Notes: generated from the letters alone by a model not told the origin. A stretch of DNA of 15,529 bases from a bacterium (GCA_043800755.1 JAZDMQ010000097.1:1-15529); one strand, 5' to 3'; shown: positions 1 to 7,654, counted from the stretch's first letter. Numbers and translations: made by a program.

Positions 1-1142
1 AGGTCGCGGAAGAATCGGTATTGGGCCCGGGCGGTGAGGAGTTCCTCTGAAGCCAAGAGGATGGGTCGGAGATGAGAACCGACCAGGGCCTCGGCCCGTC
101 CCCTGATCCGATTCCCCAGCCTCAGGGAACGGCAGATCTCCGAGACCTTCGACCTTCCCTGCTCCTCATGTCCGAAAAACCTCACCCTCCCCTGCTCGTC
201 TTGGGTGCGGGTGAGGGGCTTTCCGATGTCGTGCAACAGGGCGACCAGCTTGAGCACCTGGCGGGCATCGATTTCCCCCTCCAGGGGTTCGCTGAGGCGC
301 CCCTGGATGAGCGGCGACCACTCCGGGGCGATCTCCTCTATCTCGGAGAAGGCCAATTCCAGGAACTGAACGGTCGAGAGCGAATGATCCCAGAGCGGAA
401 GCCGATGAGGCGCCCCTTGGGCCAGCTGGTACATGCCTGAGATCCCCGGGATCACCACCTCCAGCAGGCCCAGCTCCTTGAGAGTCTGGATGTGCCCGGC
501 ACTCCCGGGCTGCGAGAGGATCTTGAAGAACTCATCGCGGATGCGCTCTCGCGAGATGCCCTTCAGCAAGGGGCTCGCCCTCCTCATCCCCTCCCAGGTC
601 TCCTCATCCATGGTGAAGCCCAACTGGGCGCGAAAGCGGACCGCCCGCAGCAGGCGAAGCGGATCATCCTGAAAGCATCTCGGGCTGCACCAGCGGATAC
701 GGCCGGAGGCCAGGTCTGCCTGGCCCCGCAAGGGGTCATGAAGCAGGAGGGGGCCTTCCTTGATCTCTATCGCCATGGCATTGAGGGTGAAGTCCCGCCC
801 CTTCAGATCCATGGAGATATCCTCACCCCGCAGGCCCGAGAGGTCCAGCTGCCATCGATCCTTCCCCTCGCGAAAGAGGACCCTCCAGGTATTCTCATCC
901 AGGGGGATAGGCCGACCACGAAAAAGGCGGGCGGCCTGCTGCGCCAAAGAGGGAACCTCTCCGGCCGAGGTGAGATCGATGTCCCTCTCCCAGGCCTTCG
1001 CCTCCCGTACCCAATCCCGCACCAGCCCCCCTACCAGGTAGAGGGGGAAGGGCCACGACCTCGCTAAGGTCCGGAGACGGGGCAGCAAAGATCGCTCAAA
1101 TGCCTCGCGCAGACTTTTCTGATCCTGGCAATCCGTTTTCAT
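1..1142 (-). CDS. Class II tRNA nucleotidyltransferase (CCA/poly(A) polymerase family) with C-terminal HD domain; probably CC-adding type; 3' end runs off the window
   Basis: Not in the ORF track; translated by hand and open from ATG 1142 (alternative TTG 1088) to base 1. Motif A YLVGGLVRD...DID, motif B DLKGRDFTLNAMA, motif D FQDDPLRLLRAVRF, motif E ISRERIRDEF, HD domain LWDHS...LLHDIGKP...FFGHE. Start codon uncertain; ATG 1142 overlaps nth by 47 nt. Confidence 0.93.
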   Translation of the reverse strand, partial: MKTDCQDQKSLREAFERSLLPRLRTLARSWPFPLYLVGGLVRDWVREAKAWERDIDLTSAGEVPSLAQQAARLFRGRPIPLDENTWRVLFREGKDRWQLDLSGLRGEDISMDLKGRDFTLNAMAIEIKEGPLLLHDPLRGQADLASGRIRWCSPRCFQDDPLRLLRAVRFRAQLGFTMDEETWEGMRRASPLLKGISRERIRDEFFKILSQPGSAGHIQTLKELGLLEVVIPGISGMYQLAQGAPHRLPLWDHSLSTVQFLELAFSEIEEIAPEWSPLIQGRLSEPLEGEIDARQVLKLVALLHDIGKPLTRTQDEQGRVRFFGHEEQGRSKVSEICRSLRLGNRIRGRAEALVGSHLRPILLASEELLTARAQYRFFRD

Positions 1143-1803
1143 AGGCACAAAGGGGGAGGAGCTTGCACTTCCCACAGAGGGGTTTCGCGGGCCGGCAGAT
1201 CAGGCGGCCATGTCTTACCAGATGGAGGTGAAGGGAGTAGGTCAGCTCGGGCGGGGCCTGTCGCTGCAGCTTCTCTTGCATCTGCTCCCGACCCTCCCTT
1301 CCATCTGCCCCCACCAGCCGGCTGATCACCCGAAAGATGTGGGTGTCTACCGGAAACGCCGGCCGGCCCAGGGAAAATAGCATCACGCAGGCGGCGGTCT
1401 TGGGACCTACCCCCTTGAACCTCCTCAGATAAGACCACGCCTCCCCATCGGAGAGCTGCTTCAGGAAGTCGAGGCTCAACTCCCCCCGCTCTCGATAGAT
1501 CTCCTCCAGCAGGGACTTGATCCTCCCCGCCTTGATCTGCGCCAGGCCCCCTACCCGGATGGTCCCTTCGATCTCCGAGAGGGGCGCCCTTCGGGCCGAC
1601 TCCCAGGCGGGCCATCGCTGCCGCAGCGCGAAAAATGCCCTGCCTGAGTTAGTGTCAGTGGTGTTCTGGGAGAGGATGGTGAGAATGAGCTCATCGAGGG
1701 GAGGACGGGCAGGCTTCGGGGAGGACGGTCCCCATTGCCCGTGCAGCAGCCCTTCTATCCGGGAAAGGCCCTTCCTGGTTATTGGTCTCGGCTGGCCTCT
1801 CAT
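1096..1803 (-). CDS. nth: Endonuclease III family DNA glycosylase/AP lyase (HhH-GPD, 4Fe-4S)
   Basis: LILTILSQNT, HhH motif FKGVGPKTA with catalytic Lys, PVDTH catalytic Asp, C-terminal C-x6-C-x2-C-x5-C (CRPAKPLCGKCKLLPLC); purine-rich RBS upstream. Confidence 0.92.
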   Translation of the reverse strand: MRGQPRPITRKGLSRIEGLLHGQWGPSSPKPARPPLDELILTILSQNTTDTNSGRAFFALRQRWPAWESARRAPLSEIEGTIRVGGLAQIKAGRIKSLLEEIYRERGELSLDFLKQLSDGEAWSYLRRFKGVGPKTAACVMLFSLGRPAFPVDTHIFRVISRLVGADGREGREQMQEKLQRQAPPELTYSLHLHLVRHGRLICRPAKPLCGKCKLLPLCAYENGLPGSEKSARGI

Positions 1804-1859
1804 GGGAATTGGTCCCTCTTCCTCTCCTGACCCGCGGTGGACTCAGGGGAAAACAACCC

Positions 1860-1888
1860 TTGACATTCGACCATTTAGAGAATAACAT
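1860..1888 (+). promoter_or_regulatory. Sigma70-type promoter for the DUF1858-cysE unit
   Basis: TTGACA (1860-1865), 17-nt spacer, TAACAT (1883-1888), in the AT-richer divergent intergenic region. Confidence 0.8.
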
Positions 1889-1934
1889 AAAGCGAGCAAT
1901 GTCCCATTAGAGGCCAATCGCGGGGAGGTGCAAG

Positions 1935-2147
1935 ATGAAAATCACCAAAGAGATGACCATCGAGGATGTGGTCACCAACTATCCGGAGACGATCAAGGTC
2001 TTCATGCGGGCCGGACTGGGGTGCTTAGGCTGTTCCGCCGCGCGCTTCGAAAACATCGAACAGGGCGCTCAGGTTCATGGGATCGACATCGATCAATTGA
2101 TCTCGGACCTCAACCAGATCTCGGAAAAGGAACCTACCAAGGCCTGA
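1935..2147 (+). CDS. DUF1858 / hybrid-cluster-protein-associated redox disulfide domain protein (70 aa)
   Basis: MKITKEMTIEDVV..YPET..VF...GLGCLGC....ENIEQGA.VHGID pattern with a CxxC; strong RBS GGGGAGGT. Confidence 0.9.
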   Translation: MKITKEMTIEDVVTNYPETIKVFMRAGLGCLGCSAARFENIEQGAQVHGIDIDQLISDLNQISEKEPTKA

Positions 2148-2194
2148 GGGCCTCATCGCCGCCAAAGGGCAATGAAAAAGGGCCGTAGGGCTAA

Positions 2195-2221
2195 TCCCCG
2201 CAAAATCCTGCGGGGGACTTT
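2195..2221 (+). terminator. GC-rich stem-loop between DUF1858 and cysE (weak terminator/attenuator or stabilising hairpin)
   Basis: TCCCCGCA-AAATCC-TGCGGGGG (8-bp stem with one G-U pair) followed only by ACTTT. Confidence 0.35.
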
Positions 2222-2236
2222 CATAGGGAGGACTGC

Positions 2237-2902
2237 TTGTTTAGCCGCTTGAGGGCGGATATCAAGGCCACCTTCGATCGAGATCCAGCTGCGCGATCTG
2301 TCCTCGAGGTGCTCTTCTGCTATCCCGGCCTCCATGCCATTTCTCTTCACCGCCTCGCCCATTGGCTCTGGAGGCACCATCTCTATTTCCTCGCCCGTTT
2401 CCTCTCTCACCTCTCCCGGTTTCTCACCGGAATCGAGATCCATCCCGGGGCCCAGATCGGCCCTGGATTCTTCATTGACCACGGGATGGGGGTGGTCATC
2501 GGAGAGACCGCTGAGATCAGTGAAAACGTCACCATGTACCACGGGGTCACCCTCGGGGGCACGAGCTGGAAAAAGGAAAAGAGGCATCCCACCATCGGAA
2601 ACAATGTGGTCATTGGGGCAGGGGCGAAGATCTTGGGTCCGATCAAGATCGGGGATGGCAGCCGCGTCGGCTCCGGGTCGGTGGTCCTGAAGGATGTCCC
2701 TCCCAATTCCGTGGTGGTGGGCATCCCCGGAAGGGTGACCTACCGAGAGGGCAAGCGGATTGAGGAGATGATCGGGCTCGATCCCCATGACCTGCCCGAT
2801 CCCGTGCTCCAGGCGATCCACTGTATCTTAGATCGGATGCAGGATCTGGAAAAGAGGATCGAAGAGGTCAGAGAACAGTACAAGTCCGTTCCCATCGGAT
2901 AA
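2237..2902 (+). CDS. cysE: Serine O-acetyltransferase
   Basis: DPAARS..EV...YPGLHA...[35 protein letters not shown]...KRHPT, hexapeptide repeats; TTG start with GGGAGG RBS. Confidence 0.96.
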   Translation: MFSRLRADIKATFDRDPAARSVLEVLFCYPGLHAISLHRLAHWLWRHHLYFLARFLSHLSRFLTGIEIHPGAQIGPGFFIDHGMGVVIGETAEISENVTMYHGVTLGGTSWKKEKRHPTIGNNVVIGAGAKILGPIKIGDGSRVGSGSVVLKDVPPNSVVVGIPGRVTYREGKRIEEMIGLDPHDLPDPVLQAIHCILDRMQDLEKRIEEVREQYKSVPIG

Positions 2903-4147
2903 TCAGAGCCTTTCCCCCTCCCCCTTCCCCTCCAAAAGCTCGGAGACTTTCACCAACCGATATCCCCTCTCCCGCAGGCCCACGATGATCTCCCCCAACT
3001 TCTCGTGCACCCGATCCCGGGTGCGAGGGGTGCCGAGGTGCATGAGCACGATCCCTCCATTGGCCCCATCGCCATATCCTAAGATGCGATTCTGCACCTC
3101 CTGCGCGCTGCAGTAAATCTTCAACGAAGGATCTGCCACCCAATCCCGGCTATCGAGGCTCTTCTTCTTCCGATAATCAGAGGTCCAGGAGATATGCTGG
3201 TATCCTAACTCCTTGGCCCATCTCCGGAGAGTGGCATTCTGCTCCCCATAGGGGGCCCTCCAGAACGGCGCCATCTTCTCGCCGGTCAGGTCAGCAAAGA
3301 GTTCCTCCGCCCCTTTCAACTCCTGCCGGAGAAATCTCCGGTCCACCCGAGAGAGCAATTCATGCCGGGCATTGATGGCAAAGGTGGTCAGGTGCGGGTG
3401 ATCGGTGGTGTGATTCGCGATCTCGTGCCCATCGGCCACCATCTGCCTCACCAGCTCCGGATGGCGTCGAATGAACTCTCCGCTCAAGAAGAAGGTAGAT
3501 GAGGTCCCTTTCTCCCGCAAGGTCTGGAGGATCTCCGGGGCGACATTCGCCTCCCCCCCGCCATCGAAGGTCAGGGCGATCTCCCGGCGGTGGAGGGATC
3601 CTCGGGAGATATCCGGCGCCGCATCCAATTCGCCTTCGCCTGCGACCTTTCCTTCTCGGAACCCCCAATTCTCCAGGGGCGTCCGCTGGGGGATAGAGGC
3701 GACCTGCTTCCCCCGGGGGTCGGTCCCAGGAGAAGCAGATGAAGGGGCAGCGGGGCTCATCTGATGGGGAGGGACAATGGTAGCCCTGGTTGAGGCACTT
3801 GAACCGGAATTAAGGTAGAAGGCCTCTCCGGGAAAGGATCGGACGAATCCCTTGGGGGAGGAAGGACTGGGCTGGGAGATGAAGACCATAATCGATAGGA
3901 GGGCAAGGAAGATGATGGGGACCGTCCGCCTCCGGGTTTCCTGGGCAGGGATCCCCGGCATATCCGAGGCAGCGCTGAGGCGGCGCAGGCCTCGGTGGAG
4001 GAAATCCTGGACCCCATGAAGGACAACGCAATGGCGGGAGCAGAAGAGATGATGCAAAGCCCGGATCTGACAAGCGGGACATAGGGGCTTATGGCAGCGG
4101 TAACACTTCCTTCTGGCCTCCCTCTCCGGGTGTCGATGGCACTGCAT
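2903..4147 (-). CDS. Membrane-anchored polysaccharide deacetylase (CE4/NodB) with N-terminal B-box-like zinc finger
   Basis: N-terminal CHRH...CYRCHKPLCPAC...FCSRHC; hydrophobic helix TVPIIFLALLSIMVFIS; Pro/Ser linker; CE4 motifs IALTFDGG, HEIANHTTDH, RAPYG, DSRDW, IVLMH. Confidence 0.88.
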   Translation of the reverse strand: MQCHRHPEREARRKCYRCHKPLCPACQIRALHHLFCSRHCVVLHGVQDFLHRGLRRLSAASDMPGIPAQETRRRTVPIIFLALLSIMVFISQPSPSSPKGFVRSFPGEAFYLNSGSSASTRATIVPPHQMSPAAPSSASPGTDPRGKQVASIPQRTPLENWGFREGKVAGEGELDAAPDISRGSLHRREIALTFDGGGEANVAPEILQTLREKGTSSTFFLSGEFIRRHPELVRQMVADGHEIANHTTDHPHLTTFAINARHELLSRVDRRFLRQELKGAEELFADLTGEKMAPFWRAPYGEQNATLRRWAKELGYQHISWTSDYRKKKSLDSRDWVADPSLKIYCSAQEVQNRILGYGDGANGGIVLMHLGTPRTRDRVHEKLGEIIVGLRERGYRLVKVSELLEGKGEGERL

Positions 4148-4150
4148 GCC

Positions 4151-5200
4151 TTACATTTCCAGTATCTTCTTTTTGAGGATGAGCATCTCCAAGGCCATGG
4201 AGGCCTTAATCATGGCCTTCCGTAAATCCTCGAAATCACCCAACAGGAGCGACTTCTCCCCGTTATCCCCGTAAAGCAGGCAAACCACCTTCCCTTTGAT
4301 GGTCAGGGGGAAGGCAATCGCCTCTTGGGGGATCTCGCCGCCCATCATCTCCAGCAGGTGGATATTCTGCGGCACCGGCAAGAGGGCGCCATGATAGAAC
4401 TCCCCGCCATCGATCATGGTGCGAAAGATGGAGGGCTGGTGCAAGGGCAGTTGAATCTGCGCCATCATCTCATCGGCCAACTGGCCCCCAACCGCCTTCC
4501 ACCCGATAATGACATTTGACTTCACAACGAAGAGGGCAACCCGCTTCAGATCGGCCGCGGCAAAATCCAGGATGATCGAGGCTATCTCCTCTCGATCCTT
4601 CGCCTCTACCAGTCGCTGGCTAATCCTCTCCAGGGCTCCCACGGCCTCCGGGGCCGGCTGGGCCTTCCCAGCCTCGGGGAGGGCGGGGCCTTCGCCCCTG
4701 GCCGACACCGGCACCTCCTCCGGTATCACACCCCGCTCCCCGGAAAGGACAGAGATGAACCTGATCGGCCGTTGGATGCCGAAGTATCTCTCCAGGGCGT
4801 AAAGGAGGCGGAGTTCGGAGGCGATGTAGGGGACAATCTCGTACCCGGTGATGAAGCGAACCTCATCGATCACGCGCAGATCGGTCGGATTGACCATGGC
4901 CAGGTGCAGCCTCTTGGGCTCCCGGTCAATGGGAATCACCATGTACCTCTCGGCCATCTCTGGCGTAATGGTCTCCACGATCTCCCGCTTGATGCCCTCG
5001 AAGGCCTTGGGGTCTGCATAGGGAACCCCGAAGACCCTGCCCAGGAACTTGACTAAAGATTCCTCCGTGAGATAGCCCAGCTCAATGAAATTGGTGCCCA
5101 GCCGGCCCCCATAAATCACCTGTCGCTCTAAGGCCTTCGCTAACTGCTGGTCGGTGATCAATCGTTCTCTCACCAGGGCTTCTCCCAATCTCAACGCCAT
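4151..5200 (-). CDS. MshEN/T2SSE-N-terminal domain protein (predicted c-di-GMP receptor) with GAF-like C-terminal domain and no ATPase
   Basis: Tandem RLGEALVRERLITDQQLAKALERQ - 5 aa - RLGTNFIELGYLTEESLVKFL; then the T2SSE_N signature (VIPI...LHLAMVNPTDL..IDEVRFITG); no Walker A. Start re-placed at ATG 5200 (RBS GGGGAGG). The GAF-like call is an inference. Confidence 0.85.
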   Translation of the reverse strand: MALRLGEALVRERLITDQQLAKALERQVIYGGRLGTNFIELGYLTEESLVKFLGRVFGVPYADPKAFEGIKREIVETITPEMAERYMVIPIDREPKRLHLAMVNPTDLRVIDEVRFITGYEIVPYIASELRLLYALERYFGIQRPIRFISVLSGERGVIPEEVPVSARGEGPALPEAGKAQPAPEAVGALERISQRLVEAKDREEIASIILDFAAADLKRVALFVVKSNVIIGWKAVGGQLADEMMAQIQLPLHQPSIFRTMIDGGEFYHGALLPVPQNIHLLEMMGGEIPQEAIAFPLTIKGKVVCLLYGDNGEKSLLLGDFEDLRKAMIKASMALEMLILKKKILEM

Positions 5201-5228
5201 GCCAGCCTCCCCCCATCCTGACCTGGAT

Positions 5229-5966
5229 TTAGATACCCCCAAAGTGAAACAGATAATTGACGTATTGGGATAGGACCCGAAAAGAGTCAGTGAGGATCAG
5301 GATCCCAACGACGATCAAGAAAACGCCGCTGACCAAGGAAATGGCCCTGATGTATCTGCGGGCTCGATCGAAGTAGATCAGGAAAGAATTCAAGGCAAGG
5401 GAGGAGAGGAAGAAGGGGATGCCCAGCCCAAGTGAATACGCCCCCAGGAGGGCTATCCCGGACGCCAGGCTCTGCGTAGTGCTGGCGTAGAGGAGAATGG
5501 CCGAGAGGATGGGCCCCACGCAGGGGGTCCACCCCAGGGCGAAGGTCGCTCCCACCAGCAACGAGCCCAAGTATCCGGTGGGCTTGGTCTTGATGTGGAT
5601 CCGCTTCTCCCGTTGAAGGAAATTCAGCTTGATCAGCCCGGAGATGAAGAGCCCGAAGAGGATGATCAAGGCCCCACCCACTTTGGTGAAGATCCATTGA
5701 TAATCCAAAAGAAACTGGCCCAGGAGGCTGACGGAAGCCCCCAGGGCCACAAAGACGATCGAGAACCCCGATATAAAGCAGACGGAGTTCACCAGGGTCA
5801 CTCGTCGCAGGATGCTCTTCTTCTCTCCCTCCGTCAGCTCCGCCAAAGAAAGGCCAGTGATGAAACAAATATAGGCGGGGATCAGGGGGAGCACGCAGGG
5901 GGAGACAAAGGAAAGGAGCCCTGCGGAAAAAGCAACAAGATAGGACACATCCCCTGCGGACCCCAT
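5229..5966 (-). CDS. ccdA: Cytochrome c biogenesis protein CcdA (DsbD transmembrane domain)
   Basis: AGLLSFVSPCVLPLIP and ALGWTPCVGPIL motifs, about six TM helices; GGAGG-type RBS region. Confidence 0.94.
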   Translation of the reverse strand: MGSAGDVSYLVAFSAGLLSFVSPCVLPLIPAYICFITGLSLAELTEGEKKSILRRVTLVNSVCFISGFSIVFVALGASVSLLGQFLLDYQWIFTKVGGALIILFGLFISGLIKLNFLQREKRIHIKTKPTGYLGSLLVGATFALGWTPCVGPILSAILLYASTTQSLASGIALLGAYSLGLGIPFFLSSLALNSFLIYFDRARRYIRAISLVSGVFLIVVGILILTDSFRVLSQYVNYLFHFGGI

Positions 5967-5996
5967 ATGGATTCACCTCTCGGAGGAAGATAAGGC

Positions 5997-6875
5997 TTAA
6001 AGAAGACCGGCCTTCTGCAAAATCCCCTTAATCTTTTCCTTGACTTCGCTCTTCGCCGGAAGAAGGGGTGGGCGCGGATCCCCTCCGTAGTAGCCAAGCA
6101 GATCCATCGCCGCCTTCAACCCCGGAACGCCGAAGCTCACAGTCACCGCCCCATTCACCGGCAACATCTTCAGCTGCAAATCCCGCGCCTCTTTCAGCTT
6201 TCCTGCATCATAGAGCCTCTGGATCTCCACCGCCTCCTCGGGGGCCACATTGGCCATGGCCACAACGCCGCCCACTGCCCCCAGGCAAAGGCCGGTAAAT
6301 AGGACGCTGGCGGTTCCCACCATCACATCAAATCCGGCGGGACATAGCTTGATATATTGGGCGAACAGGGGCATGTCCGCAGAACTGTCTTTCATCCCCA
6401 CAATGTTCTGATGCTCGGCCAGCTTGGCCACCGTCTCCGCATCGATGCTGACCCCGGTGAACTTGGGCACATTGTAGATCATGATCGGAATCTTGGAGGC
6501 ATCCGCCACCGCCCGGAAATGGGTGATCATCTCTTCCGCCTTCATCAAGGACTTGAAGTAAGAGGGCGTGATGATCAAGGCCAACTCGGCACCGATCTTC
6601 GCTGCCTTATTGGTCAACTCGATCGTCTCCCAGGTCGACTCGCATCCGGTGCCCGCAATCATTTTCAGTGGGCTGGGGATGTTCTCCCTTGCCACCTCCA
6701 GGATCTTGATCTTCTCCTTTTCCGCGAGAAATACAAATTCGCCATTGGATCCTAAAACCAGATAACCGGAAAGCCCCGTCGTATTCCACTTCTGCAGATT
6801 GGAGGCCAGCATATCGCAAGCAACCTCTCCGTTTTTGAAGGGAGTGGGAATAGGCGGGAAAATACCTTTGGGCAT
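5997..6875 (-). CDS. Dihydrodipicolinate synthase/N-acetylneuraminate lyase family class I aldolase, 4-hydroxy-2-oxoglutarate aldolase (HOGA)-like
   Basis: GIFPPIPTPF, GSNGE, IITPSYF, IYNVP, Schiff-base VGMKDSS. Start re-placed at ATG 6875 (RBS AGAGGAGG). Confidence 0.88.
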   Translation of the reverse strand: MPKGIFPPIPTPFKNGEVACDMLASNLQKWNTTGLSGYLVLGSNGEFVFLAEKEKIKILEVARENIPSPLKMIAGTGCESTWETIELTNKAAKIGAELALIITPSYFKSLMKAEEMITHFRAVADASKIPIMIYNVPKFTGVSIDAETVAKLAEHQNIVGMKDSSADMPLFAQYIKLCPAGFDVMVGTASVLFTGLCLGAVGGVVAMANVAPEEAVEIQRLYDAGKLKEARDLQLKMLPVNGAVTVSFGVPGLKAAMDLLGYYGGDPRPPLLPAKSEVKEKIKGILQKAGLL

Positions 6876-6888
6876 CGTTTCCTCCTCT

Positions 6889-7062
6889 AACAATGAAATG
6901 GAAGGTACATCGCAAGCACCATCCCCGCAGCGAGCCTGCAGGTCGGTGAGCGAATGAGGTGTTGGGAAAGGCCCTCCCCTGAAGGCATCTCCGCTGTGGG
7001 GAAAGGCGTCAAATCGCCCTTCTCCGCGGAGGAAGGGGCCTTCGCGGTGAGCCGCTAAAGCC
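6889..7062 (-). ncRNA. Putative structured cis-regulatory 5' leader of the aldolase gene (unassigned)
   Basis: Long nested stem 6968-7042, two smaller hairpins, and a stem (6900-6924) followed by AUUUCAUUGUU just before the RBS; lies downstream of a sigma70-like promoter. No known family recognised. Confidence 0.35.
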
Positions 7063-7067
7063 TCTTC

Positions 7068-7096
7068 TTTTTATCTCATGGCATCTTCCTTGTCAA
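7068..7096 (-). promoter_or_regulatory. Internal sigma70-type promoter for the aldolase-ccdA-MshEN-deacetylase genes
   Basis: Minus strand TTGACA (7096-7091), 17-nt spacer, TAAAAA (7073-7068); the -10 element lacks the final T. Confidence 0.6.
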
Positions 7097-7108
7097 GACG
7101 ATTTTGGC

Positions 7109-7654
7109 TTAACACCCCTTCCTTGGCATCTCCAGGGCCATCACATAGGCATCTTCGGGGGGGAATTGGTAATAGCCTTTCCGGATCCCCACCACCTCGA
7201 AACCCAGGCCTCGATATAGGTCCTGGGCAGCACTATTCGAGGCCCTGACCTCCAGGAACACTTTCCTCACCCCCCGTTGGCTCCCTGACTGAAAGGCGTT
7301 CTCCATGAGCAGCCGCCCGATCCCCTTCCTTCGCCAGCCAGGGTGGACGGCTAAATTGGCGACCTGCATCTCGTCCCAGACCACCCAACAACAGATATAC
7401 CCCAAGACCCCTGGGTCACGCACAGGGGCGTCCGACCCTCTCCTGCGAACCTTGGCCACAAAGCAGGAGGAGATGGGCGTTGTCAGGAACTCCTGGCGGA
7501 ACATCTCCGCGGTCCAGGGGCAAGAGAAGGATGAGGCCTCGATCCCCAAGACCTCTTCCAGGTCGGACTCCTGCATGGGCAGGGTTTCGACCCCCTCCCA
7601 CCCCTCTCCCGAATCCTTCCTGCCGGGCCTCAGTCCCCGATCTTTATGCCCCAC
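7109..7654 (-). CDS. rimI: Ribosomal protein S18-alanine N-acetyltransferase (GNAT)
   Basis: IE..SFSCPW, ANLAVHPGWRRKGIG, VFLEVRASNSAAQDLYRGLGF...GIRKGYY...EDAYVM; follows tsaB as is typical. Start is probably GTG 7654 (GGAG RBS) or ATG 7576; the ORF-track extension to 7960 is overlap with tsaB. Confidence 0.9.
   Translation of the reverse strand: MGHKDRGLRPGRKDSGEGWEGVETLPMQESDLEEVLGIEASSFSCPWTAEMFRQEFLTTPISSCFVAKVRRRGSDAPVRDPGVLGYICCWVVWDEMQVANLAVHPGWRRKGIGRLLMENAFQSGSQRGVRKVFLEVRASNSAAQDLYRGLGFEVVGIRKGYYQFPPEDAYVMALEMPRKGC

Noticed and set aside
72-1067. Plus-strand ORFs 72-440, 433-672, 492-1067 and 760-1041
   Set aside because: They are antisense shadows of the minus-strand nucleotidyltransferase, whose motifs are all intact.
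1067-1086. AGGTCCGGAGACGGGGCAGC resembles the SRP RNA domain IV motif
   Set aside because: It lacks the exact conserved internal loops and a long flanking helix, and lies antisense inside a coding region.
2148-2236. T-box leader upstream of cysE
   Set aside because: The gap is only 89 nt and has no GGTGG-N-ACC T-box motif.
4151-5242. GspE/PilB secretion ATPase
   Set aside because: There is no Walker A/B or ATPase domain; only the N-terminal MshEN part is present.
6889-7062. Lysine or glycine riboswitch, or 6S RNA, as the identity of the aldolase leader
   Set aside because: The conserved lysine and glycine aptamer motifs are not present in the right order, the ends do not pair as in 6S, and the gene is probably not true dapA. 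Left unassigned pending cmscan.
7414-7427. GGTCACGCACAGGG resembles, from memory, the start of the Vc2 c-di-GMP-I riboswitch construct
   Set aside because: The following CAAACC, GNRA loop and receptor elements are absent, and it is antisense within rimI.
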